A stretch of DNA of 64,000 bases. Origin: a virus. The stretch spans positions 55,164 through 119,163 of the IMG/VR virus record IMGVR_UViG_3300033388_005265; one strand, written 5' to 3'. Positions 24,772 to 34,276 of this stretch are shown here, piece by piece. The position numbers were made by a program, and so were the translations under genes. The notes beneath the pieces were generated by a model. The model saw only the letters and a program-made list of their open reading frames with translations. It was not told where the DNA came from and did no database searches. Every line of letters starts with the position of its first letter. Position 1 is the stretch's first letter.

Positions 24772-25107
24772 CTAGTAATGATCTATATCTAGTAATGTCG
24801 TCAATATTATAGATGTTTTAGAAGGAGCATTATCTATATTGTTATAGAGGGTATTTCCTCTTCCATAATAATATGTAGATGGAGAGCCATAATTACTACC
24901 TCTTTTAGATAGAACTTCAATCGTATACTGAACATCTCCTATTGTTCCAGCAGCATAAGGAGTATGATGATCATAAAATCTATCCTTAAGATCTTCAGCT
25001 AATATCTTGGTTGCTACTTTTAACTTTTTACCACTAACTGTAAGCTTTACAGCTCCAAAATACTCTTCTTTTGTGAAATATAAAGTGTTAGTATCTTTAT
25101 CTAGCAT
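24772..25107 (-). CDS. Hypothetical protein
   Basis: ORF track. Confidence 0.6.
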   Translation of the reverse strand: MLDKDTNTLYFTKEEYFGAVKLTVSGKKLKVATKILAEDLKDRFYDHHTPYAAGTIGDVQYTIEVLSKRGSNYGSPSTYYYGRGNTLYNNIDNAPSKTSIILTTLLDIDHY

Positions 25108-25108
25108 T

Positions 25109-25699
25109 CTATCCCTCCTCTATTATGGTGCCAGCACCTATAACATGAGATATATTTCCTACGCTAGACTCTGACTCTTCTTGTTCAGTGTTATCGACAA
25201 GCGAAGCTAAAGACTTTTTATTAAATATCTTTAGTTTCTTTGGCTTTTTAATTCTTCGCCTCATTCTTGTCATTTTAAGTTTTTCTTCTTTATCTGGATC
25301 AGTGGTAAGTCTTTCTCCTTTGCCTAGGACTTGACCTCCAAGCTCCTCTATCATCATTTTAAACTTTTCATATGACTTTAAAGCAGCATTTCCTCCACCA
25401 TATACCATGCATCTGCTAGACTTGCCAACTCTATCGTCCATATTAGGAAATGTCAAGCAATTACTTCCAATACTAGGTCCCCAATTACTGGTCTTTATCA
25501 TAAATACTTCATTATGTCTTGGAGGTATTCTACAGGTTATGAGAAAACCTTTTCCCATTAATCTTTTCGGTATTTTAGTGGCTGTTAAGCATAATGATCT
25601 TCTTCCGTAAGCTCCAGTCATATCACTAACATACATTCGCACTACTAAATCTTTTCCTTCATCCATAACCCATTTGGTTACGGTTTTTCTCTTAGCCAT
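25109..25699 (-). CDS. Hypothetical protein
   Basis: 196-aa ORF; RBS GAGGAG. Confidence 0.65.
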   Translation of the reverse strand: MAKRKTVTKWVMDEGKDLVVRMYVSDMTGAYGRRSLCLTATKIPKRLMGKGFLITCRIPPRHNEVFMIKTSNWGPSIGSNCLTFPNMDDRVGKSSRCMVYGGGNAALKSYEKFKMMIEELGGQVLGKGERLTTDPDKEEKLKMTRMRRRIKKPKKLKIFNKKSLASLVDNTEQEESESSVGNISHVIGAGTIIEEG

Positions 25700-25729
25700 T
25701 CTCTCATTTCTCCTCTCGTCTTACTACAT

Positions 25730-26726
25730 CATCCTCTCAAAGATGTGCCCAAGTCAGGCGTTCTTGGGCTCCTATAGAATTACCACGGCTAGACCGTCAT
25801 ACAACGGGTTTTCGCTTCGTACCTACATGGATGCTGGTTCTTTATTTATTATAAATTCTTTTATGGTATTATTACTGTATCAGCTATATGTTAAGGGACA
25901 GACAAATGGACTAGACATCTCTTGCTGCTTCGACCCAATCCCACTAGAGCTCTGACTGTTTAGGTCTTTCCCTAATGTTTTGGTCCACAGCAATTAACTG
26001 AGAAGCTCCAACATCTCAGGTTGCCTCTAATCGTTAATACTCTAAGCATAAGCTATTATGGAGCCGATATAATGGAAACGTACACCGTCATTAAGGCTTT
26101 CACCGTTGAAGGTTCGTCCATCCGTCCCGAAACATTTTTCTTTCCAAGTGTGAGTTATACCATTTCACCGCTTTAATCAACTCTGATTAAATCGGGATTT
26201 TCAAAGAAAATCACAAGGTGAAACTCCGGTAATAACTAACAGTTCTAAGTCTACCCGAATATTTATCTCTCTTTGACACTTCTAATAGTACACTTTAGTG
26301 CCAATAAAGATTCTTAAAAAGTAATTTATCAAAGATATTACTAAAAGAACATATGTCAAGATAAGATAAACCGGGGGTCTGACTTTTCTTACAATGCCGA
26401 TACAGCATTGATTGCCCATAGGCCGCAGTTCTTACCGAGGCCTATAGGACTTCTATTAAGTTAATCAATTATTATACTTCTACTGTCTTAGTTTGCCTAC
26501 CGTGTCTTGCCGCCGGCGTTCACAAAACCTTATAGGACTTTGTATGTGTTGCTCTGATCATCATAGTATGAGGCATGTTTCAGCCTAGACTTTACCTACT
26601 CCTACGCTACCTCGCAGGGAGTATTATTTTTTTATAAGTAGGCACTAGGTCTAAATCTACATCGGAACCTCCATTTAGGCATAATTAAGATAATTTAGGT
26701 ACTTTAATATTAATTTTTGTTACTTT
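25730..26726 (-). ncRNA. Candidate large structured ncRNA (~1 kb)
   Basis: No minus-strand ORF; more than 10 helices, some nested; upstream sigma70-like promoter. Confidence 0.55.
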
Positions 26727-26732
26727 TACTTA

Positions 26733-26761
26733 ATAATAACATAACTGCTTTTAATAATCAA
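26733..26761 (-). promoter_or_regulatory. Sigma70-like promoter
   Basis: TTGATT-17 bp-TATTAT with TGn extension. Confidence 0.55.
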
Positions 26762-26836
26762 TACTTACATTACATAACACCTTATGGCATTCTAATGATT
26801 TAGGCGTCTTTTATTATGGAGATTTTGCCTGTATCA

Positions 26837-27319
26837 CTATGGAGATTTTATATTCTTTATGACTGTTCTTCCAAAGAGCTTTCTTTTCTTTGGCGCGACA
26901 TCTTTATTAAACATGGTAGTCTTAGCCCCTGGCTTAGGATATGTCATTACTGCTGCAACATTTGATCTGTCTATGAATACATATGACCCATCAGCCATGT
27001 TTATAATAAATCCATCTGAAGACTCAGTTACACTATACTCATTATATTCGTGTTCTTCTCCTAATGATAATGAACAGTGTTGTAACATTTTAATACTACT
27101 ATCACTAGGCATATCTTCTAGTGCAATTAAGCATTGAGACCATGATCCTTGATATAAGGCATCATATGTTACTGAGATACCTGCATCCATACATATTTCA
27201 TTACTGCAGTCTTGATTACACAGGTCCTTAATGGTTATCTGAACTGAATTTCCTCTTTTAATCTCTGCATTAATAAGATCTCTATTAGTCATCTTAGCTA
27301 TGTAATCCACTAAGTTCAC
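26837..27319 (-). CDS. Hypothetical protein
   Basis: ORF track. Confidence 0.6.
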   Translation of the reverse strand: MNLVDYIAKMTNRDLINAEIKRGNSVQITIKDLCNQDCSNEICMDAGISVTYDALYQGSWSQCLIALEDMPSDSSIKMLQHCSLSLGEEHEYNEYSVTESSDGFIINMADGSYVFIDRSNVAAVMTYPKPGAKTTMFNKDVAPKKRKLFGRTVIKNIKSP

Positions 27320-27614
27320 TAAGGAATTCCTTTTTCTTCATTCTTTTTGTCACAGGCTCAACAGCTGCTACTTTTTCTATCTTTCTTATAGCGCAGATCT
27401 TACTATTTATATTGGCGCCTACTTCACTAAGAGCATTTGTAACACGCCCATCTTCAACATGCTTAAAGACACCATCATATGTCATAAGCATATCGCCTTC
27501 ATGAACTAAACCGTCACCTTCTTCTGCGAAAACAATTCTCCAATCATCATGAATAATAGTTACTTTCCCTGAATAGTCAACTGATCTACCGTCATGTGTC
27601 GCATACTTTGACAT
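27294..27614 (-). CDS. Hypothetical protein
   Basis: ORF track. Confidence 0.6.
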   Translation of the reverse strand: MSKYATHDGRSVDYSGKVTIIHDDWRIVFAEEGDGLVHEGDMLMTYDGVFKHVEDGRVTNALSEVGANINSKICAIRKIEKVAAVEPVTKRMKKKEFLSELSGLHS

Positions 27615-28065
27615 CTTTCTTTGCTCTCCTCATTTTATTAATCATATCAGTGGAACCTGTACTCATATCAACTCTGAATACAACAGCTGCATCTGAATAG
27701 TCACGCATATCTCCGTTCCTATCAATACCTGCTTTGGCATTATACTTCTTGCCATACTTGTTAGTCTTTATAATTGCACCTGGAGCATCTAAGTTATCCC
27801 AGTCTGCTGCAAATCTTTTCCAGCTATAACCTTTTTCTAAAGCATATCTGTGCCCCATGTCATCAGCACCACGAGCCTTACCATCAACGATCTGTATATC
27901 GTCTTTGATATCCTTTAAAAACTTGTCCAATTCTGCCGATAAAAGTTTGTAATTCCTGAACCCTCTGCTCCCCGCCACTATTACTTTGTACATGATCTTC
28001 TCCCTCTTTAATAGTTTTGCAATTAGAGAAAGAATATTTAGTTTTAAGGGATTGCACGAACTCAT
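27592..28065 (-). CDS. SLOG-superfamily (YspA/DUF2493-like) protein
   Basis: KVIVAGSRGF...IVDGKARGAD..G..YA...AG..RN..M; likely start MYKVIV. Confidence 0.85.
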   Translation of the reverse strand: MSSCNPLKLNILSLIAKLLKREKIMYKVIVAGSRGFRNYKLLSAELDKFLKDIKDDIQIVDGKARGADDMGHRYALEKGYSWKRFAADWDNLDAPGAIIKTNKYGKKYNAKAGIDRNGDMRDYSDAAVVFRVDMSTGSTDMINKMRRAKKDVKVCDT

Positions 28066-28183
28066 CTACATAGCCATCTATTACACTGATTACTACGTAT
28101 CTCTTTATTTTAGAAGACCCTTTAAGTTTCTGATTTAAAAAAGCTTTTAGCTCTTCTTTTATTTTATTTTCATCTATATACAT
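27884..28183 (-). CDS. Hypothetical protein
   Basis: ORF track; 3' end overlaps the next gene. Confidence 0.45.
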   Translation of the reverse strand: MYIDENKIKEELKAFLNQKLKGSSKIKRYVVISVIDGYVDEFVQSLKTKYSFSNCKTIKEGEDHVQSNSGGEQRVQELQTFIGRIGQVFKGYQRRYTDR

Positions 28184-28210
28184 GGTTATCTCCTTTATAG
28201 TGGAGAAAGA

Positions 28211-28408
28211 TTAAGATTCTCTTGTTTCATCACATATATATTTAGGACATTCAGTAATGATTTTTGTAAGAACTGGAGAGTCCTCTGGTTTTGGACCAAA
28301 GAATTCCATGTTCTTTAACAGAGAATACCTGGAGGCTTCATCTGTATCTGGTGGTACAGGACACTTATCTGCAAAATTGCAGCTGTAACACAGGTCTTTA
28401 TATCTCAT
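28211..28408 (-). CDS. Small Cys-rich protein
   Basis: CYSC...CP...CP. Confidence 0.55.
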   Translation of the reverse strand: MRYKDLCYSCNFADKCPVPPDTDEASRYSLLKNMEFFGPKPEDSPVLTKIITECPKYICDETRES

Positions 28409-29094
28409 GCTTGATTCCTCACAGCCTTAACTAATCTGCTTCTTATTTTACTTACTTCTCCATCTTCTTCGAAGCATGCAAGTTTACGTTTTAACTCAGC
28501 ATTTTCTATTTGTAGTCTTGCTGTTTCATTTTTATACAGACCATTACTTTTACTAAGCTTATTTTTTTCTGCTCTTTCTTTTCTTATTGTTCCATCTCGT
28601 GTCTTTATTCCAGTATCAAGCACTGTTACTTCTCTTAATGCCTGCTTAACAAAGGTGACATGATCTCCTACTTCTCTTCTAAATTTACTATATATAGTAT
28701 TAGCCTTTTTTCTATTCGGCTTCTCTCTATCTAATTGATTTTTTAGCTGATTTAACAGCTCATACAGATAGTCAGGATCAATCTTGTCATTATCTCTATT
28801 AGTCCTGGCTTGAAGACCCATTAACTTAAGAGTCTTGGCAGCTTCAGCACCCATCATTGATTTGCCGCCAGCACCAATCGTGACACCAGCACCAATCATA
28901 GAACCAACATGCATATCACTTATTAGTATTGGAGTACAGTTATAATCAGCTACGATATAGCCTTCGTTATCGTCTACAGCTTCACTTCTAAGCTGAATCA
29001 TTTGCTCAGACATTGTCATGTCTTCAAACTTCTTTTTAGGAGTATAATATTCTCTATACTTCTGTCCTTTAGGCCAACATCCTTCCATTGTCAT
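28405..29094 (-). CDS. Hypothetical coiled-coil protein
   Basis: ORF track; C-terminal heptads then RSRLVK. Confidence 0.65.
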   Translation of the reverse strand: MTMEGCWPKGQKYREYYTPKKKFEDMTMSEQMIQLRSEAVDDNEGYIVADYNCTPILISDMHVGSMIGAGVTIGAGGKSMMGAEAAKTLKLMGLQARTNRDNDKIDPDYLYELLNQLKNQLDREKPNRKKANTIYSKFRREVGDHVTFVKQALREVTVLDTGIKTRDGTIRKERAEKNKLSKSNGLYKNETARLQIENAELKRKLACFEEDGEVSKIRSRLVKAVRNQA

Positions 29095-29121
29095 AGCATG
29101 CTCGCAATCTTTAATTTATAT

Positions 29122-29150
29122 TTGACTTATTTATTTATTTGTGATATAAT
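29122..29150 (+). promoter_or_regulatory. Sigma70-like promoter, antisense to the operon
   Basis: TTGACT-17 bp-TATAAT with TGn. Confidence 0.75.
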
Positions 29151-29238
29151 CCGTCTTTAGTATTAAGACATACAGTTATGCTTGCACTTCGTGCTTAACT
29201 GAGACATATAGAGACTACTAGCTTCTAGAGATAAAACC
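29151..29238 (+). ncRNA. Candidate small structured RNA/leader, copy A
   Basis: Three hairpins; homologous to 48645-48726; shared AGAGACTACTAGCTTCT. Confidence 0.55.
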
Positions 29239-29282
29239 ATAGGAAGGATCCATTATAATATCCCCTAATTGGAAATCTTTTA

Positions 29283-29783
29283 TTACTCTTCTATTACTTT
29301 ATACGGGTGTAATACTCTTGTACAGTCTATTGCGGATTCAATATACGATGCTAAATCGTTTACTGCATCATCCAGATCACTCCAAACATCAGTGTATTCT
29401 TGTTCTTCTTTAGCTTCTCTGATGTTAGCTTCACTTGGCACCTGGACAAACTTGATGTCTTCTAGATCTGATAGTCCATCTTGAAGTGTTGAAATTCTAT
29501 CATCCATATCCTCATATCTACTGGTATCGCTATACTTCACTCCCATAGTTATGATCCAGCTATGAAGCTCCTCATGCACTCTTCTCATTGATACGTATAC
29601 ATAAGATCCTACTTCTACGGACTTCTTTATATTCTCAATTATTCTAGCTACATCTGCTTTATCAAATGTACCATCATCTTGAAGTAGTTTAGCAACCTCT
29701 TCCTTTAAGCTTTCAGCAGTTGTATATATTTGTTCAAGAACAGCTAATGATTTGTCTAGTTCTTGGCCGGCAGTTGATTTCAT
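29283..29783 (-). CDS. Hypothetical helical protein
   Basis: ORF track. Confidence 0.65.
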   Translation of the reverse strand: MKSTAGQELDKSLAVLEQIYTTAESLKEEVAKLLQDDGTFDKADVARIIENIKKSVEVGSYVYVSMRRVHEELHSWIITMGVKYSDTSRYEDMDDRISTLQDGLSDLEDIKFVQVPSEANIREAKEEQEYTDVWSDLDDAVNDLASYIESAIDCTRVLHPYKVIEE

Positions 29784-30293
29784 TTATTTCTCCATTAAGT
29801 TACTTAAATTATTAAGAAATTCTTTCTGAGATACTCGTTTAACTTCTGGTTTTCCTGGTAGCTCTGGTGTAGTACCAATAGGTCTAAACACATGACCATC
29901 TATTAAATCATATTTCAACACATTAAGATCACTGATTAATTCAAACTTAGAGAACGGAACTACATGAGGCATTCCTCCATGTTCTATTTCCAGCCATCTT
30001 CTTTCAAGCTCATAGCTATTCCCTATTGTAGAAGCATATACTCCCATGAAATTATCATGAGCAACACATCTAGTTTCTTCTGGCATGCTACTTACGACAT
30101 GATCGTAATCACCTTTATAGATATGTAGAGTTCCTCTGAATGTTTTGCCTGGTGTTTTCAATGGACATTCGTCATCAAATTCACATTCATTACTACAATA
30201 GGTAAGATCTCTAGCTTGGACTAAAACAGTAGGAGCCTCTATTTCTGTATCAGCAGTAAATTGTTTTAATGGTATCTGATCGTTAGTTCCCAT
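29784..30293 (-). CDS. Hypothetical protein
   Basis: ORF track. Confidence 0.65.
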   Translation of the reverse strand: MGTNDQIPLKQFTADTEIEAPTVLVQARDLTYCSNECEFDDECPLKTPGKTFRGTLHIYKGDYDHVVSSMPEETRCVAHDNFMGVYASTIGNSYELERRWLEIEHGGMPHVVPFSKFELISDLNVLKYDLIDGHVFRPIGTTPELPGKPEVKRVSQKEFLNNLSNLMEK

Positions 30294-30696
30294 TTCTATT
30301 CCCTTTCACTAATCTAGTTAGCTTACTTGTAGATCTAGCTACATCTTTTACCTTTTCTGCCTTCTCTGCATATTGTGCAAGCGTATTGCCAAGGCCTTGA
30401 TTACTAGCAAGAAGCACGCTTACTTTAGACTCTAAGATTTCTATCTGTTCTCTCTTTCTTTTGACGCTTCTTTGTAGGTTTCTCATGTGCTCTATGTTCA
30501 CATCAGTATTAGGTTTTTCATATCGACTTATAGTCCCACATATGATATCAGTATGGAATGATATGACAGAAATCTTTTCTTTAGCGAACTCTACATGCCC
30601 ATCCTCTACATGTGCGCTAAGTTCATTAATAGCATTCATTATTAAACCTGCTGATTCTTGCCAATCAGGTGCATCGCTACGTCCCATTATGAGCAA
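30283..30696 (-). CDS. Hypothetical coiled-coil protein
   Basis: C-terminal heptads then KLTRLVK. Confidence 0.6.
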   Translation of the reverse strand: MLIMGRSDAPDWQESAGLIMNAINELSAHVEDGHVEFAKEKISVISFHTDIICGTISRYEKPNTDVNIEHMRNLQRSVKRKREQIEILESKVSVLLASNQGLGNTLAQYAEKAEKVKDVARSTSKLTRLVKGNRNGN

Positions 30697-30953
30697 CCAG
30701 CTCCAAGTGACTTCAGAATGTCACCGAAGTTCCATATAAGTGTTATGATCCATGCTATTAACATTATAGCTGCAATAACAATCTGTCCTCCAGCTATGTA
30801 CCAGCCATATTCTGCTACCTTCTCTACAGTCTCTTGTTTAGCTTTAGCTACTTCTTCAAGAAACTTTAGATCAGTAAGAATATGAGTAATACCACCTGAA
30901 ATAACTGCAGTTACAATTAAAGTTAATACTCCTTTAAATAGCAATGTCATCAT
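30687..30953 (-). CDS. Two-TM membrane protein
   Basis: Hydrophobic segments. Confidence 0.6.
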   Translation of the reverse strand: MMTLLFKGVLTLIVTAVISGGITHILTDLKFLEEVAKAKQETVEKVAEYGWYIAGGQIVIAAIMLIAWIITLIWNFGDILKSLGAGCS

Positions 30954-30958
30954 GATGT

Positions 30959-31453
30959 TTACTTCTCCTTTAAGTCTTCTGGGTTTATTATACAGCCTCT
31001 GTCTTCATCAATCAAGGACACATGACCACCTACAATGTTAATTCTAACAGTCATATTGACCATTGGATCCTTTTCATACACAAGCTCTCCGCTCTGCACT
31101 CTTGCAACTGCTTCGCTAAGCTCGTTCATATCTTTCCACTTGCTTTTAGCTATTTCAAGAGCTATTAGCTCTTCTTTCTTGGTGCTGTATACAGGAACCT
31201 TCTTAACATTCTTTAGTTCTTCTTCGAATACTTTTCCACCAAATACCATGGCATCTAAGCTTATACCAGTATGTATAGATATATTTTTAAGAGCTCCCAG
31301 GCATACTCTGGAATCTTCATAATTTCTATATGTGCCATAAGACACATCAACCGCATTAGCAAATGTCCTTTGGGCGCCTCTCACATCACCACAAACCGCA
31401 TTTCTAATAGCCTTAACTCTACTGCATATCTCTTCTCTCTCACTCTTCGTCAA
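30959..31453 (-). CDS. XRE/Cro-like HTH protein
   Basis: RVKAIR....QRTFANAVDVSYGTYRNYE...L..I....G..LD. Confidence 0.75.
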   Translation of the reverse strand: MTKSEREEICSRVKAIRNAVCGDVRGAQRTFANAVDVSYGTYRNYEDSRVCLGALKNISIHTGISLDAMVFGGKVFEEELKNVKKVPVYSTKKEELIALEIAKSKWKDMNELSEAVARVQSGELVYEKDPMVNMTVRINIVGGHVSLIDEDRGCIINPEDLKEK

Positions 31454-31659
31454 TGGCTAACTCCTTTTTTATCATTCTTTCTACGTCTCATTTGTGTTGT
31501 AACTCGTCTTGCTTCAGACATAGAAACAGCACTTTTTACATTTTTATTTTGACATATAGGACATTCATCTTTATTGTCCTCTCCCACTCTATGCCATCTT
31601 GCGAAACAATTCCTGCATATTGAGATCATTTCTCTCTCCTCAGTTTTATTTAATCGCAC
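31450..31659 (-). CDS. Zinc-ribbon protein
   Basis: CRNC...CPIC. Confidence 0.6.
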   Translation of the reverse strand: MRLNKTEEREMISICRNCFARWHRVGEDNKDECPICQNKNVKSAVSMSEARRVTTQMRRRKNDKKGVSH

Positions 31660-31832
31660 TCCTCCATTATGTATATATCGCCTACCTTTTGCTTAAGCTT
31701 CAGGGTTCTTCCTTTATCATCCTTAAAAAGGTTGCTCCCATTCTTCAATAGGACCATCTCCTGGCCATCCTCCAAGTTCTGAGTTAAAAGTGATCTTGGG
31801 TCCTCGCTCTTCGACACTCTCAACTTTATCAT
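31650..31832 (-). CDS. Hypothetical protein
   Basis: ORF track; overlaps neighbour. Confidence 0.4.
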   Translation of the reverse strand: MIKLRVSKSEDPRSLLTQNLEDGQEMVLLKNGSNLFKDDKGRTLKLKQKVGDIYIMEECD

Positions 31833-32304
31833 TATTGCTCCCTTGTTTAACTATATTAACTAATCTTCGCATACTTCTGATATCGCTATTTTTAACGATA
31901 TTTAATTTTTCTTCAAGCCCTCTTTTCTGTGTGCTTAAAGTATTCTCTCTATCTATAGACGCATAGAGATCCTGTCTTAATTTTCTTCCTTCTTTTTCTA
32001 TCCATCTTGCATCTTCTATTAGCGTTCTCATATCTTGAAGCATATACATTATATCTTTTGCTGTATCAAGCTGAACATTTATTTTATCAATATTCCCTAT
32101 TGAACAAGTTAAACTATCCATAGCTAACATAGCTGCATCAAGCAATGGATCAGCAGAATATCTAGGTTTTTGTATCTGGTTATAATGATCTGCATAGTCG
32201 TCATAGCTATCAACAACATTTCCATATTGATCCATTTGTAGATTTTGCCAATCCATGTCTGGAGCAGCAGCACTGGTTGACTTAAGCTTCATCTTTGACC
32301 TCAT
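31723..32304 (-). CDS. Hypothetical coiled-coil protein
   Basis: Heptads then MRRLVNIVK. Confidence 0.65.
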   Translation of the reverse strand: MRSKMKLKSTSAAAPDMDWQNLQMDQYGNVVDSYDDYADHYNQIQKPRYSADPLLDAAMLAMDSLTCSIGNIDKINVQLDTAKDIMYMLQDMRTLIEDARWIEKEGRKLRQDLYASIDRENTLSTQKRGLEEKLNIVKNSDIRSMRRLVNIVKQGSNNDKVESVEERGPKITFNSELGGWPGDGPIEEWEQPF

Positions 32305-32663
32305 GATAAACCCTTTCTAAACAATTTAGCAGTCTTATTAGCAGCAGAGAACTGTTCTCCAATCTTTTTGTATTGTCTTAAGTCTTTTTCTAGCTGAACT
32401 ACATGTTTTTCTATATTGATTATTTTTACTGTTAAGTCTTCATTTTCTCTTGTTAAATCAGACAAGTTTTCACATTCTTCTTTCCAGTATGCCACTTCGC
32501 TATGAGCATCGCTTAGCTCTTCTTCTAGACGTTCTGTAATATCTGTATCAATAAGATTTACAGTATCATGTATTCTAGTTAGTTCATCTGTAACTTTTTG
32601 CGGCATCTTTTCATAACATAGTAGATACCATAATCTGTTTGAAATACTATTCAGATAGTCCAT
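32301..32663 (-). CDS. Hypothetical coiled-coil protein
   Basis: ORF track. Confidence 0.6.
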   Translation of the reverse strand: MDYLNSISNRLWYLLCYEKMPQKVTDELTRIHDTVNLIDTDITERLEEELSDAHSEVAYWKEECENLSDLTRENEDLTVKIINIEKHVVQLEKDLRQYKKIGEQFSAANKTAKLFRKGLS

Positions 32664-33222
32664 TTTTAGCTACCTTTCTCAGGTTCTTTATATTTGTAGT
32701 TCTTCTAATACCACCAAATACATCTTTTAAAGTCTCTATTTCCTTTGCTAGTATCTTAAGTTCTTTATCCTTATCCTTAGCATGCTTATGTAATGCAGAG
32801 TTCTCTTTTCTTAAGCGATCTATTGTAGTAAGTACTGGTCCTTTGTCTCCTTTAGCACCAGCTACTCTTCTAACTCTACGTCTCACTGTATTCTCTCTTG
32901 ATTCATCCTTAACAATAGTCTCAATTTTATCTTGATCTTCAAATGTCTTAGCCATATCCATAGCCATAGTCTTTACATCAGCTATTGATAGTCCCAAGGA
33001 CAATATACTATTACTAAGGTCGTCATGTCCCATCATCCTCTCTTCATCAAGAATATTGATGACCTTGCTCCATAGTCTCTTTACTTCTTTATTAGCTTCT
33101 GTAACGTCTTGCTTAGAGTATACATCTTTTCTCTTGTCACCACTGGTAAGGGTTCCATTATCTTTGGCATCATCATACTTCTTCCTTATCTTTTTAAATT
33201 CATCACTACGTTTGGTTGCCAT
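32647..33222 (-). CDS. Hypothetical coiled-coil protein
   Basis: Heptads then KNLRKVAK. Confidence 0.65.
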   Translation of the reverse strand: MATKRSDEFKKIRKKYDDAKDNGTLTSGDKRKDVYSKQDVTEANKEVKRLWSKVINILDEERMMGHDDLSNSILSLGLSIADVKTMAMDMAKTFEDQDKIETIVKDESRENTVRRRVRRVAGAKGDKGPVLTTIDRLRKENSALHKHAKDKDKELKILAKEIETLKDVFGGIRRTTNIKNLRKVAKNGLSE

Positions 33223-33499
33223 TCTGTATCACTCTTTTCCATCCGGATATAGGCTTATCTTTTTCATATACAGGATTAGCGAGGTACTCAAGTACCTCCT
33301 CAATATCATAGCATGGGTTAACACTTAAACTGTTCTCACCCATTGTATAATCAGTACCATAGTCATGGTTCTTAAACCTATGAGCTTCAGCATTCATCCA
33401 TGCAACAGCCCTAGCAGTAGACAGGTATATCTTAAGCCAATTATCAAGTATCGTATCCCGTCTTACTATGATCTCTTGTTTAGGCTCTGGTCTTTTCAT
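33206..33499 (-). CDS. Hypothetical protein
   Basis: ORF track. Confidence 0.55.
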   Translation of the reverse strand: MKRPEPKQEIIVRRDTILDNWLKIYLSTARAVAWMNAEAHRFKNHDYGTDYTMGENSLSVNPCYDIEEVLEYLANPVYEKDKPISGWKRVIQNGNQT

Positions 33500-33662
33500 C
33501 TATTTCTTTGTTCAATTGTTTAAGTCTTTCTGTAACCTTGGCTAACTCTTCAGTAGCCTCTGCTTTAGCAGCCTTTACGTCAAACCGGTGCTTTACAAGC
33601 ACACGTATAGTTCTCCATGAAGCCCATAGGTTATCGTATATCTTCTCAAGTTTCTTTTTCAT
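33480..33662 (-). CDS. Hypothetical protein
   Basis: ORF track. Confidence 0.5.
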   Translation of the reverse strand: MKKKLEKIYDNLWASWRTIRVLVKHRFDVKAAKAEATEELAKVTERLKQLNKEIDEKTRA

Positions 33663-33849
33663 CTCTTTCTCCGTTCCACTCCCAGTGCTTACATGCAGGC
33701 ATATACATTCCTAGACCACATACATCAGTGTCCTTCTCATAGAATCTGCAGTTATTACATGTCTTTGCCGGCAAGTTTTTATTACAGTAGTAATATATGG
33801 TTAAAAATATAACAAGTATAACTATTCCTGTTACTATGTATCCAATCAT
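33646..33849 (-). CDS. Small membrane-anchored Cys-rich protein
   Basis: N-terminal TM; CNNC...C...C..W. Confidence 0.6.
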   Translation of the reverse strand: MIGYIVTGIVILVIFLTIYYYCNKNLPAKTCNNCRFYEKDTDVCGLGMYMPACKHWEWNGERDEKET

Positions 33850-34024
33850 TATGCTTCTCCTTTAATACGTTGTGGAGCTACTCCATCCTTTAGGATTACC
33901 CAAACGGTAACACAAGGAATTAAGTTAATACAGAACCTCTTAGTATTATCTGAATAATGAACACCTATCCAGAAGCTTCTAAGTCGGAATAATATTCCTA
34001 TTGATTTTAGTCTAAACATTGTAT

Positions 34025-34276
34025 TTATTCTTCTTTATATGCCTCAAAGTATTTCTTTATCTTATCATTTTCTGCTTTTGCTATGGCATCTATAACATGG
34101 CCTTGTTTTGTTACAACAAGATACACTATGTATGGTGCACATAGCAACAGAAGCATTGACGTAAAGCTAGCTTTCTTAGCCTTAGTTTCTCTAACTGCAT
34201 GAATTCCTGCAGCAATAAGTATATTTAAGATAAATATTTCTACACATGTTAACAATACTGTTATTATGACTGGCAT
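34025..34276 (-). CDS. Small membrane protein
   Basis: Two TM segments. Confidence 0.55.
   Translation of the reverse strand: MPVIITVLLTCVEIFILNILIAAGIHAVRETKAKKASFTSMLLLLCAPYIVYLVVTKQGHVIDAIAKAENDKIKKYFEAYKEE

Noticed and set aside
26060-26100. Group II intron domain V-like hairpin (GAGCCG...GGCTT)
   Set aside because: The stem geometry and bulge do not match domain V; no domain VI, split host gene or RT
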